From: an uncultured virus (IMG/VR IMGVR_UViG_3300025398_000930)
Taxonomy: Duplodnaviria; Heunggongvirae; Uroviricota; Caudoviricetes
Reading direction: 5' to 3' (one strand)
Length of the DNA stretch: 64,000 nt
IMG/VR virus record: IMGVR_UViG_3300025398_000930
Below the pieces are notes generated by a model. That model was given only the letters and a program-made list of their open reading frames with translations, did not search any database and was not told the origin of the DNA. Below are positions 20,823 through 30,767 of the stretch, piece after piece. Every line of letters starts with the position of its first letter. Positions within the stretch are counted from its first letter, which is position 1. The position numbers and the translations under genes were made by a program.

Positions 20823-21413
20823 ATGGATAGGGGCATATCAGACTTTTATAAAACAGCAACAAATCGTGGATTTGCTCGTACTAATCTGTTTAGAATTAAT
20901 TCTATATCAAGAAATGGTACAGGCGGTACTTCCGATATATACGCCCCTGCATCTGACAGTTCTGAAAACTTATTTTTGTATGCTCAAAGCGGTACTATAC
21001 CGTCTCGTACTATAACAACTACCACTGTAGATTTTAAATCATTTAAGTATACAGTTCCAATGGTTGCACAGTATCCTGAATCCGCCAGCTGGGCATTAAC
21101 ATTTTACTGTGATAGAGACTACGTATTGAGAAACGTTCTTGAAAAATGGTCAGTAGATACATTTGATGAACATACGTCCCAATCTAATGTACCAAACTGG
21201 TGGGATTGTAGTGTAGAGTTAGATTTATTGAATAACTCAGGACCTAACAGCCCTGACACATACCCAGTAATACGTAAATACAGACTTGTTGGTGCGTTTT
21301 TACAAAACGTGGGGTCTATAGAATATAGTTTAGCAGCTGGTGGTGATATAGCTAAATTACAGGCAACTTTAGGTTTTCAGTATATTACTTCCGAAGATTT
21401 ATTACCATCCTAA
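20823..21413 (+). CDS. Tail tube-fold paralogue
   Basis: Aligns by eye with 20227..20751 (DFY..A..RGFAR, W.LTFYC, Y.L.GAF, FQY). Confidence 0.7.
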   Translation: MDRGISDFYKTATNRGFARTNLFRINSISRNGTGGTSDIYAPASDSSENLFLYAQSGTIPSRTITTTTVDFKSFKYTVPMVAQYPESASWALTFYCDRDYVLRNVLEKWSVDTFDEHTSQSNVPNWWDCSVELDLLNNSGPNSPDTYPVIRKYRLVGAFLQNVGSIEYSLAAGGDIAKLQATLGFQYITSEDLLPS

Positions 21414-21428
21414 TTATAAGTATAATAT

Positions 21429-22088
21429 ATGGCATCCGTTCAAGGACAAACTATCAGAGATTTTTACACCAATGCAACCAACGTCGGCTTTGCAAGGGAT
21501 TTTCAATTTAGAATTACGTCATTTAACGTTAACGGTGTTACATTACAAGATCAAGATTTAGTATTTTTAAAGACAGCAAGTTTACCTGGTAAGTCTATTA
21601 GCACAACAACAGCTCCTTTTATGGGGTTAGATTTTCAAATACCCGGTACAGTAAAGTTTGATAATAACAATGCATGGAACGTTACGTTCTATTGTACTCA
21701 AGATTATAATTTAAGGTCGATGTTAGAGGACTCAATTACAGATACGTTTGATGAAACTCAATCATATGGTAATATGGAGCCAAGAGATTTAAATCAAAAC
21801 ATTATAAATCTTTCTCTCATCGATGACCAGTTAAACGAAATTAAAGTATATACACTATTAGGTGCATTCATTACTAAGATTGATGATATAGCTTATGATT
21901 TAACTAAGTCAGGTGGTATACAAGAAGTAAAAGCTACTATTGCGTATCAATACTGGCAAACAGGTCCAAGTTCAGGTATAACATCAGGTTTAAGTTTAGG
22001 TAATAATTTTGGTGTAACTAACGGTTTAGGCAATATAGCTTCAAAACTTGTTACCAAAACTGTTAAAAACTTATTAGGGGGTAGGTAA
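21429..22088 (+). CDS. Tail tube-fold paralogue
   Basis: TIRDFY..GFARDF..LPG..PFMGLDFQIPGTV..AYQYW closely parallels the tube protein. Confidence 0.75.
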   Translation: MASVQGQTIRDFYTNATNVGFARDFQFRITSFNVNGVTLQDQDLVFLKTASLPGKSISTTTAPFMGLDFQIPGTVKFDNNNAWNVTFYCTQDYNLRSMLEDSITDTFDETQSYGNMEPRDLNQNIINLSLIDDQLNEIKVYTLLGAFITKIDDIAYDLTKSGGIQEVKATIAYQYWQTGPSSGITSGLSLGNNFGVTNGLGNIASKLVTKTVKNLLGGR

Positions 22089-22831
22089 TGTCTTTTTTAA
22101 TTGGACCAAAAGCTAACGCACAAAACGCTGGCTCTGAAGTCAACACGTTTATAAAGTTTTTAAGTGACCCGAACACTCAGATACCGGTCGAATCAAATTT
22201 TTTAATAAGCTTTGATTTTCCTAAAGCACTTACTACAGATGCATGGACGGATGAAGAATTAGTTGATACCGATCCTTGGCAAGCATATGAAACCAGCTGG
22301 GACGTTAATCCGTCATTAAAAGATTTATATACAGAACTAACTAAACAAACTCACGGTGTGCATGGTGGCCCGGTATGTCTGTTTGCACAAGGTATAGACA
22401 TACCCGGTGAGTCTGTAGGCACACAAAGACATGAGCCGTTAGACGGTTCAAGTGGTGGTTTAATAGGTGGAATAGTTAGTACTTCTCGTGGCCAATATGA
22501 ACCGTTAAAAATAGGTTTCTTAGAAACAAATAAATCATTTATTGACTTCGTTCTCAGGCCTTGGATAACGCTTGTTGGGCATTACGGTTTAATAACGCGT
22601 GCTAAAACATCTACTCAAAATGTTAGAACTGATATAACTGTTGTTCATTACGATAAAAATAATAACGACAAAGGTAATGCAGGTATAAGAAAGATATTTG
22701 AGTTTCAGTCCTGTGCACCGGTTTCTCTTGGTGAGTCTTCTTATTCTTATGGTAAAGCTGAAATAAGAATAGCACCTGTAAGCTTTGTATATAACAAGTA
22801 CAGAGTACTATATACGCAAGGTAGAGCTTAA
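22088..22831 (+). CDS. Baseplate tube-initiator-like protein (gp54-like)
   Basis: AQGIDIPGE, FLETN..F..PW, F..CAPVS and VSFVY tube-fold pattern; position in the tail module. Confidence 0.5.
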   Translation: MSFLIGPKANAQNAGSEVNTFIKFLSDPNTQIPVESNFLISFDFPKALTTDAWTDEELVDTDPWQAYETSWDVNPSLKDLYTELTKQTHGVHGGPVCLFAQGIDIPGESVGTQRHEPLDGSSGGLIGGIVSTSRGQYEPLKIGFLETNKSFIDFVLRPWITLVGHYGLITRAKTSTQNVRTDITVVHYDKNNNDKGNAGIRKIFEFQSCAPVSLGESSYSYGKAEIRIAPVSFVYNKYRVLYTQGRA

Positions 22832-22864
22832 AGATTTTTTATATTACTGGTATAAGTCATTATA

Positions 22865-23794
22865 ATGGCATTTACGTATGGAGTTAAGCTACCCGGATTT
22901 AATAATAAGAAAATATGGGTAGGAGAGGTTACATCCAAGTTGTATAAAGACTTGGTTAAATCCCTTTATAATAATGATAGTACAGAGTTTGTACATCATT
23001 TAAACCAGCTTATAGAACACGCTTCTCCCGGGATATTACAGGGAGGACTCAATGCTATAGATAAGATCATATTACTGCTTCAAGTAAGGTCTATTTGTAT
23101 AAGTCCAGATCTTAAACTTAAAGCAACTTGTGTAGAAACTAAAAAAACGTTTGAATACAATTTACGTATTGAAGATTTAGTATCTAAGTTAGAAAGCGTA
23201 ACTTATAATAGAACTGTTTTACATGAAAATGTTACAGTTACTCATAGTATTATTAAAGCTAAAGATGAAATACATTTTGTTAACTTAGAACCCGAAAAAA
23301 CGTTTAGCTATCAATTAGCTTCCAGTATTGATACATTATTAGTAGAAGATAAAACTATCGATTTTAAATTATTACCGTTTGACAAAAGAGTTGAATTCGT
23401 GGATGCCCTACCACTGTCATTAACCACTAAAGTATATGATTCATTATCTGAAGTTGAAGTGGAATTATCTAAATTAAAGCTATTAGTGGTGCCTTCCCCT
23501 TACAGCAAAACACCGGTGGTTGATTTACCTATATCTACAAACACGAACGTGCTTCTCGAATTTTGTAAATTAATCTTTAATGACGATTTAATTAATTTAT
23601 ACAAAATAAATTTAAACTTAATTAGTAAAGCTAACTTTACACCAGATTATGCAGACTCTATAACACCTGCAGAACAACTATTGTATTGGAATCTTTATGT
23701 ACAACAAGTACAAGAAGAGATAGCTGCAAGTAACCCGAAATCAAACAACAGCCCTGCAAGTCTTGGTGCGAATGTACCGAATGAGTTTGCTTGA
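22865..23794 (+). CDS. Baseplate hub assembly protein (gp26-like, possible gp51-like C-terminus)
   Basis: LNAIDKIILLLQVRSICIS motif; C-terminal LYKINLNL..DSITPAEQLLY resembles gp51. Confidence 0.55.
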   Translation: MAFTYGVKLPGFNNKKIWVGEVTSKLYKDLVKSLYNNDSTEFVHHLNQLIEHASPGILQGGLNAIDKIILLLQVRSICISPDLKLKATCVETKKTFEYNLRIEDLVSKLESVTYNRTVLHENVTVTHSIIKAKDEIHFVNLEPEKTFSYQLASSIDTLLVEDKTIDFKLLPFDKRVEFVDALPLSLTTKVYDSLSEVEVELSKLKLLVVPSPYSKTPVVDLPISTNTNVLLEFCKLIFNDDLINLYKINLNLISKANFTPDYADSITPAEQLLYWNLYVQQVQEEIAASNPKSNNSPASLGANVPNEFA

Positions 23795-23823
23795 TAAACA
23801 ATATTGCAACCATAAGTCATTAT

Positions 23824-24633
23824 ATGAGTAACAATTTCAACGACATCCTTTCAGTATTGGATACAATCAATAAGGAGGTAACAGTACCGCTTTATATACC
23901 AAGTCTGCAAAGAGAAGTAAAGTTTAAAAGTATTAGTACAGGTCAACAAAAAAATATACTAAAAGCTGCAGTTGATAATCCAGTTTTCCAGACCCGCTTT
24001 ACGATCGCATTTTATAATTTAATACAAGAAAATTGTACTGAACCGGCTATTGTATCTTTATTAACCACTATTGATGCAGCTGCAATTGCTGTACAGTTAC
24101 GAGTGTTTACTGCTGGTACAAGCTACACACTACAACAAGGCGCAAACAAATACAAAGTTAATTTACAAACAATTATTGATGCTCTTAAAGAGGTTACCAT
24201 ACCTGCAGGAGACGTTGTTAATGATGGTACATTTAACATACAAGTCGGTGCACCTCTAATATCTGAGCATTATAGTATAGAAAAACAATTAAGAGAAAAA
24301 ACAATTAACGATCAACAGGTACTTTCATCTCAAATTACCGATACCATTGGTGATGCGTTTGTAGGTGAAGTATCTAAGTTTATTAAAGGTGTGGTGGTTA
24401 CATATAATAATCAAACTCAAGATGTAAACTATGCATCTTTACCTTTTGCAAAACGACATGCATTGCTTGAAAAGCTACCTAACAATGCAATACAGGGTGT
24501 ACTAAAGTATATGGAAAAGTATGTAACAGTACAAAAGGATTTATTAACTATTACAGGTGAAAATATTGATACCGGTGAAACAGTTAATGACTTGGTTTTA
24601 TTAATAGATAGCACGCTGTTTATTGTAAGTTAA
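23824..24633 (+). CDS. Baseplate hub assembly protein paralogue (gp26-like)
   Basis: IPSLQREVKFKSISTGQQK and LTTIDAAAIAVQLR motifs. Confidence 0.6.
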   Translation: MSNNFNDILSVLDTINKEVTVPLYIPSLQREVKFKSISTGQQKNILKAAVDNPVFQTRFTIAFYNLIQENCTEPAIVSLLTTIDAAAIAVQLRVFTAGTSYTLQQGANKYKVNLQTIIDALKEVTIPAGDVVNDGTFNIQVGAPLISEHYSIEKQLREKTINDQQVLSSQITDTIGDAFVGEVSKFIKGVVVTYNNQTQDVNYASLPFAKRHALLEKLPNNAIQGVLKYMEKYVTVQKDLLTITGENIDTGETVNDLVLLIDSTLFIVS

Positions 24634-24671
24634 TAACGCTTTTACTGTTCTACACCTAAGTAATTGGGTAT

Positions 24672-26696
24672 ATGGCAGATCAAACCAACGATCCGGGATT
24701 TATTTCGTCTTTAATAGCTACATTAAAGCCTAAGGATAATGGATCTATACCGCAAAAGTGGTTAGATGCAATGTTGGCAAATTCTAATAACGCTAATGCG
24801 CAAATGAAAGCGCTTATAACGTCTATAGATACTGGTAACAAAACCATAACTGCCCAAAATATTTTACAGATAAACACTTTAGATAGTATATCTAAAGCAA
24901 TAGGTCCATCATTTAAGCAAACAATGATTGACTCGTTTAAAGCGTACGATAAAGATATTAAGAATTCAGATGCAGTTAAAGAAGAAGATAAGAAATATGA
25001 TGCCCGTAAAAAGCAAAAAGATAAAGAAGAAGATGATAGAAGTAAGAAATTAGCTACTGATCTTTCTAAGCAACTATCTGAAAATGTAACGACTACTTCA
25101 AGTAAAGGCACTACAGCTGATCTTGAAGGAGGGGCCGCAGCTGCAGCAGCACTTGCAGAGGTGGAAGTACAACCAGTTAGTATTGCAAGTATTAGTTCTG
25201 AAGCAGTTGAAACCATTAAGAAAATATTTTCTACATCTATAGGTAATACAAAAACTGAAACGGCAAAGCAAACAGGTGCGGATGCCGGGGTAGGTAATAA
25301 TATAATTGCTGCTTTAGGTAAGGGTTTAGGTGCTGGTATAGGGGCACTCGGAGAAGGTGTAGGTAAGGGTATAGCTGGTTTGGGTAAAGGATTAAAAATA
25401 TTTTTAACATCTCTTGGTGAAGGTTTGACAGGTGTTGCACCTGGCTTAGAGGCTATAGCTGTAGTTGCTGAAACCGGGGCAATTGGTATTGGCGTACTTG
25501 TACTTGCTGTAATAGGCCTGGCAACTGCTTTAAGAATAGCTACACCAGCAATACAAGCAGTGGTGCCGGTTTTTATAGCGCTTGCTAAAGTTATAGGTGA
25601 TGTATTAATAACTGCTTTAAAACAGTTAGCACCTATACTTCAAACAGTATTTTCATTCTTTACTAAACTTGCAGAAATTGCGGGTAGTGTGTTTTCTAAA
25701 TTAATTACTGCATTTGGTAATATAGTAACTGCTTATACAGAGTCTACAGTTAAGTTAGCTGAAATAACTTTAGCTACATTTAAAGTTATCGGTGGTATAA
25801 TAGACAAAATCGGGGCAGCTATAGCATTACCAATTAAAACTATAGGTCAAGCAATTGGAGATGTTATTGAAAAGGTAGCTAATAGCGTATTAACTCTAAG
25901 CAGTATAAGCGGTGAAAGATTATTAAGCACAGCTGCGGGTATTACAGCAATTGCGGGTGCAATGGCTTTGTTTGGCGGTGGTTCGCTTATAAGTGGTATA
26001 GGTAATTTTTTCGGTAACCTACTCGGCGGTGGATCTAAGCAAAATTCTCCCGTTGATCAACTAATAGCTTTAGGTCAACAAACAAGCAATATAGATAATT
26101 TATCCAATAGCATTAATCGCTTAAAAGATGCTATGTCCACATTTGGCGATATAAAAACAAATTTCGATCCATTTAGTAAATTTATTGAATCTGTTAACAG
26201 TGTTAATATGCTTAAATTAGCAGCAGTTGCAGCCGCTTTACATTTTGGTGTTCCTGCAGCAGCTGCTTTACCAGGCATACAGGGCCCGGCTTCTGTAGCT
26301 AATAATACACCAGGTACTATAGTGTCCGCTGCGTTAGCCTCTACAACAATTGCTTCTACAGAAGCTGCTAAGTTAGGTAATATAGCAATTACCCCTGAAT
26401 CTAAAGAGGCAATGATGGAAACACCTCTTTACAAAATACAAGAAACACAGGTTAAGTTAGCTCAAACCATGGTTAAAAAGATGGATGAGTTAATTGCTTC
26501 GCTTGAACCTATGGTGGTTGCAAGTACACAAAATTCTGCTGTATCTAACAGTACTAATAACACTACAACATCTATTTTAAATACATCTACTGCAAATATA
26601 CTCGGTAAGGGTGGAGATAGTACAGATAGAGATATACCTTATATAGAGCGTAGTAAGTATAGAAACTCAATGTTATACGCTCGAGGTTTATTATAA
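24672..26696 (+). CDS. Tape measure-like protein
   Basis: 674 aa, A/G/I/L-rich amphipathic repeats and hydrophobic stretches, located in the baseplate cluster. Confidence 0.6.
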   Translation: MADQTNDPGFISSLIATLKPKDNGSIPQKWLDAMLANSNNANAQMKALITSIDTGNKTITAQNILQINTLDSISKAIGPSFKQTMIDSFKAYDKDIKNSDAVKEEDKKYDARKKQKDKEEDDRSKKLATDLSKQLSENVTTTSSKGTTADLEGGAAAAAALAEVEVQPVSIASISSEAVETIKKIFSTSIGNTKTETAKQTGADAGVGNNIIAALGKGLGAGIGALGEGVGKGIAGLGKGLKIFLTSLGEGLTGVAPGLEAIAVVAETGAIGIGVLVLAVIGLATALRIATPAIQAVVPVFIALAKVIGDVLITALKQLAPILQTVFSFFTKLAEIAGSVFSKLITAFGNIVTAYTESTVKLAEITLATFKVIGGIIDKIGAAIALPIKTIGQAIGDVIEKVANSVLTLSSISGERLLSTAAGITAIAGAMALFGGGSLISGIGNFFGNLLGGGSKQNSPVDQLIALGQQTSNIDNLSNSINRLKDAMSTFGDIKTNFDPFSKFIESVNSVNMLKLAAVAAALHFGVPAAAALPGIQGPASVANNTPGTIVSAALASTTIASTEAAKLGNIAITPESKEAMMETPLYKIQETQVKLAQTMVKKMDELIASLEPMVVASTQNSAVSNSTNNTTTSILNTSTANILGKGGDSTDRDIPYIERSKYRNSMLYARGLL

Positions 26697-26697
26697 T

Positions 26698-28020
26698 ATG
26701 CCAGCATCCACGTACACATCTTCAGGTAACAGCTCAACCTTTACGCCCCCAAGCTATACTGGGTTGCTGTTTGATTGGAAACAATCGCCAGATAAGTTAG
26801 GTGCTCCTACATTAAAACCAAAGACTCTTTCAATTAACGTATTTGATTTATTTCCGTGGACATTAACTCCAACAGACGGGCGTCAACACATACCTAAGGT
26901 TATTATAACAGAGTACAGGCAAACACAATCAAGTGAATTGAGAGGTTACTTATACAGTATACGCGGTACGGTTAGTGATCTGTCTATAGCCAATAAGGTA
27001 GGGTCAACAGAATCTTTAGCGGGTTTTTCTCAATCTTTAGGTCAACAAGTAAAAACAGCTTCTACCATCGCCGGTCAAGGTGCAGTTGGTAATGCTATAC
27101 AAACAGCTGCTAACGCTACAGTAAATGCTGCAACATCTGTTGCGACTTCAATATTAGATAAAGCTAAAAAATTCGATTTTACACCAAAAAGCCCAAGCGA
27201 CTTTGCAAGTGCAATGGATCCATATGCAGGATTATATGCAGTAGAGACTACCGGGTTTGTTTATTATCTACCCTATTATACAGCTACTAATATGGTAAAA
27301 GTGGGTAATACGTGGGGCGCTCCTGGTACAGGTGTAGGTAGTGGATTAGGTAAAGTAGCTGGTGGTATTAGTAATTTCTTTAGTGGCGCTAAGGGTAAAG
27401 CTAAAAAATCTGCTACCGGTAGTGGTGCTGGTGGTGGCGGAGGAGAAGATGAAGGCTCAGGAAGAGACTTTGGTAAAGCCCTGGGCGGTATGTTTGATGT
27501 AATGGGTGGAGCAACAGACGTATTATTTGGTGCAACAGCTGGTGCTTATGGAGAAAATGCTAAAGAAGAACTTATAGCATATCAAGGTTCAGGTGAAAAA
27601 GAAGGCGCGGAGATGTCTTTTTATCTTTATAATACTCTCGATAACGGAGATGTAACACAGTTACAGAAAAACTGGGAACTTTGTTATATATTAACATATC
27701 AAAACTTACCTAATAGAAAAGGTATAAACTTTTTAGATGCACCATGTTTATATAGAATAGATATACCAGGTTATAAGCAAATACCTTTAGCGTATTTGAG
27801 CAATATATCTATACAAAATATGGGTAACACCAGACTTGTAGATTTAACAACAGGAGAAGTTGTTAATGCAGATTCAGGTGACCCTTATGTAAAGCTTATG
27901 CCAGAAGCGTATAAAGTTACACTTGGTTTTACCGGTGTACTTAAAAACACTCGTAATTTATTTTTATCTAATGCTGATCCTTCTCAAAAAGTAACAGTAA
28001 CAACAAGTCTATCGGGGTAA
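26698..28020 (+). CDS. Baseplate tail tube cap-like protein (gp48-like)
   Basis: G/A-rich middle, C-terminal P..Y.I..LSNISI..MP..VTLGF pattern; precedes the gp53-like gene. Confidence 0.5.
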   Translation: MPASTYTSSGNSSTFTPPSYTGLLFDWKQSPDKLGAPTLKPKTLSINVFDLFPWTLTPTDGRQHIPKVIITEYRQTQSSELRGYLYSIRGTVSDLSIANKVGSTESLAGFSQSLGQQVKTASTIAGQGAVGNAIQTAANATVNAATSVATSILDKAKKFDFTPKSPSDFASAMDPYAGLYAVETTGFVYYLPYYTATNMVKVGNTWGAPGTGVGSGLGKVAGGISNFFSGAKGKAKKSATGSGAGGGGGEDEGSGRDFGKALGGMFDVMGGATDVLFGATAGAYGENAKEELIAYQGSGEKEGAEMSFYLYNTLDNGDVTQLQKNWELCYILTYQNLPNRKGINFLDAPCLYRIDIPGYKQIPLAYLSNISIQNMGNTRLVDLTTGEVVNADSGDPYVKLMPEAYKVTLGFTGVLKNTRNLFLSNADPSQKVTVTTSLSG

Positions 28021-28023
28021 CAT

Positions 28024-28392
28024 ATGAATCAAACACCACAATTACAAAGTGAAATTAGTAGCTTACCTACACTTGAGACGTTTAGGTATGAAAACATCTT
28101 TAACGTCTATCAAAACGATAATAATAACTATTTTTATAACATTTTAGCTAAAACCAATTTTCCTAATAATATAGAACAAGCATACTACGATGTATATACT
28201 GTTCCAGCTGAAAACATGCCTTACACTTTAATATCGTATAAGCTTTACGGTACTATACTTCTATGGTGGTTAATTTGTTCAGTTAATAATACAGAAAACC
28301 CTGTTTTCAGTCCACCAGCTGGTACACAGTTAAAGTATTTGACACCGGCATATGTAAGGCTTGTTATTTCGCAATTACAAGACGTAACGTAA
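28024..28392 (+). CDS. Baseplate wedge protein (gp53/LysM-like)
   Basis: ISYKLYGTILLWWLICSVNN..P..GTQLK motif. Confidence 0.75.
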   Translation: MNQTPQLQSEISSLPTLETFRYENIFNVYQNDNNNYFYNILAKTNFPNNIEQAYYDVYTVPAENMPYTLISYKLYGTILLWWLICSVNNTENPVFSPPAGTQLKYLTPAYVRLVISQLQDVT

Positions 28393-28395
28393 TAT

Positions 28396-29928
28396 ATGGC
28401 TCAGCCTCCATCAACGACTAAGCTAAGGGTTAATGACCAAACATATGAGTTTGGTGTAACATTGTTTAACGCAAAAGATACTTTTTTTGCAATTAACACC
28501 TCTGCATTAGTAAAGCTTTGTATTGAAGAGGATAGCAGAGAGTGGTTTAAAAAAGGTTACTTAATTGTCAACAATAAAGAGAATATAATTGAGCGTAGAC
28601 CAAATGAGTTTATCTCGTCTGCTGCTAACTACAAATTTAGAAATGATGGACGTGATCTTATATTAGTTAACATTAAACCAGTATATGATGGTGCTACAGA
28701 TAGTATAGAGACAGATGCATTTCCTTCAGCTGGTTGGGAATTAAATTACATATTTTCAGTATACGATGTAGAAGATATACCAGGTAATAAACCCGATCAG
28801 AAAAATATAAAGCTTTATTTCTGGGAATTTGATTATCAACTATTTGCAGAGTCTACTTCTACAGGGTGGAATACAAACAAAATATTATACGAGCTTTATC
28901 CTACTTTAAACGGAAAATCGAGTGTGCTTTCAGATGAACAACGCAAGGTACCAACAGGAGAAGCTATTAAAAGTTTAATACAAAATACATTAAACGCAAG
29001 AAGCGGTGTACAAAAGTTTAATCAGTTTTGGGATCCAGGAGCAAGTAAAATATTTTACACACCACCAACGAATTTTAATTCTGTTGATGATTTAGATTAT
29101 ATTTTTCATAAGCACGTAGCGAGTAAAAAATACGGACAAATAGACGGTGATGTACCATTGCTTTATAGAGATAGATACTCAAAAGAATGGACATTAACTT
29201 CATTTGCAAATGAAATGTCGTTAGCGGTAGTTAACAAAGCTGCTGGTCCGTGGCAGTTAGAGCAATTTTATTTAACTTCTTCTACATCTACTGGGGTTAT
29301 TATACCTTCTTTATTAAAGACACCTCAAACCCAGGAGTCGTATCTTAACCTGAACTTTGGTGGTAAGAGTGCAGTTAGTAATTATCAGTTTGTAGATATG
29401 TCAGCAATAGATAATGCATTTGTACTAATTAATACACCGTGTGCAAGTAATAGTATTAAAGATAAGCAGTTTAATTTAGACTATGTAGACAACTCTATTG
29501 ATAATATAAAAACGTACTTTCAAGATAACTATATACAAAAGTTTTCAAACAATAGAGCACCAACTGCATTACTATCTTTAAATAAAACCAAGACACAAAA
29601 TCTTTCTTTTAGACAGCCTTATTCTTATAATAGTACTAAAATTGAAAGATATCCAGATGCAAGAAACTCTATACTTAAGGCTGGTTTATTTTTAAATCAG
29701 TGCTTACACTTTACTGTACCTGGTACTACAATACGTAAATGTAACCGGTTCATTGGTCTTGATCGCTTGATAGGATCAGTTGATGCTGATTTTGATGAAA
29801 AGTTTTTAGGTCAGTGGTATCTTATGAAAGTAGAGCATGTTTTTACACAAAACAACTACGTTAATAATATTACTGCAGTAAAGCCTTTCGCGGATAAGGA
29901 TACGCGTATAGCGGACGATGTACTGTAA
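28396..29928 (+). CDS. Baseplate hub protein (gp27-like)
   Basis: C-terminal VPG..R..G.WYLMKVEHVF motif; lies before the spike gene. Confidence 0.55.
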   Translation: MAQPPSTTKLRVNDQTYEFGVTLFNAKDTFFAINTSALVKLCIEEDSREWFKKGYLIVNNKENIIERRPNEFISSAANYKFRNDGRDLILVNIKPVYDGATDSIETDAFPSAGWELNYIFSVYDVEDIPGNKPDQKNIKLYFWEFDYQLFAESTSTGWNTNKILYELYPTLNGKSSVLSDEQRKVPTGEAIKSLIQNTLNARSGVQKFNQFWDPGASKIFYTPPTNFNSVDDLDYIFHKHVASKKYGQIDGDVPLLYRDRYSKEWTLTSFANEMSLAVVNKAAGPWQLEQFYLTSSTSTGVIIPSLLKTPQTQESYLNLNFGGKSAVSNYQFVDMSAIDNAFVLINTPCASNSIKDKQFNLDYVDNSIDNIKTYFQDNYIQKFSNNRAPTALLSLNKTKTQNLSFRQPYSYNSTKIERYPDARNSILKAGLFLNQCLHFTVPGTTIRKCNRFIGLDRLIGSVDADFDEKFLGQWYLMKVEHVFTQNNYVNNITAVKPFADKDTRIADDVL

Positions 29929-29957
29929 CATTAATAGTACATGGATAAATAATAACA

Positions 29958-30767
29958 ATGGCTACTAACGTCAGAACCTTCGATTTATATAACACTAACT
30001 TTTATTGGAAAGGTTATAGTGTTACTGGTTTTGAAACTCAAGTCGGTGTAGCCCGGGCCTATTATATAGCTCAGTATTCATCTAATCCGATCGGTTCTCA
30101 AATAGACTTTTTTACATTATTAGCTGGAATCTCTTCTAATAACCCGGTTCTTAGTTTGAGTGGTACTACTATAAACAGTTTACCATACTTTTGGGGCAAA
30201 TATTGGTGGGATGAAGCAATGTACTACTCTAATAGTTTAGTGTTAAGTGCAATATCACAAGTAGCTCCGTTATACTATCAGCCTTTTTCTGAATCAGTAG
30301 GTAGCTTAGCGTATATATCCTACATGAACAATCAAAGTAACGTTAATAGTGTTCCTTATAATACTATTATAGATCGCTTATTACCTGCAGGTATATCCGA
30401 TACAGTAAAGTCGTTTTATAAAACAGCAAATACACTTTTTGTTAATAACATATCTAATATTGGTCCGGTAGGTACCGATGTAAACCCGAACAATAGTAAT
30501 TTAATAATGGCAGATACTGACTTATCTCGTATTGTAAACACGAACTCTGCTCTTATTACAAATATTAACAGTTTATATCCGGTATTAAATAGATTTTTAC
30601 CTTTTAATAACACAGTAATAGGTAACTTAATAGTACCATATAACTGGTCTACTCAAATAGAGTATGAAGATACAACAACTATAGGAGATACTACAGTTAC
30701 TGTTGATCTAACCAACACAACAACAGGCAATCAAGTACAGCTCACGATGGCTGCAATAACAGCATGA
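29958..30767 (+). CDS. Hypothetical structural protein
   Basis: 269-aa ORF with a TAAATA motif upstream, within the baseplate cluster. Confidence 0.55.
   Translation: MATNVRTFDLYNTNFYWKGYSVTGFETQVGVARAYYIAQYSSNPIGSQIDFFTLLAGISSNNPVLSLSGTTINSLPYFWGKYWWDEAMYYSNSLVLSAISQVAPLYYQPFSESVGSLAYISYMNNQSNVNSVPYNTIIDRLLPAGISDTVKSFYKTANTLFVNNISNIGPVGTDVNPNNSNLIMADTDLSRIVNTNSALITNINSLYPVLNRFLPFNNTVIGNLIVPYNWSTQIEYEDTTTIGDTTVTVDLTNTTTGNQVQLTMAAITA

Noticed and set aside
24680..25216. 178-aa antisense ORF and other short antisense ORFs in the track
   Set aside because: They are fully nested opposite well-supported genes and have no motifs or expression signals.
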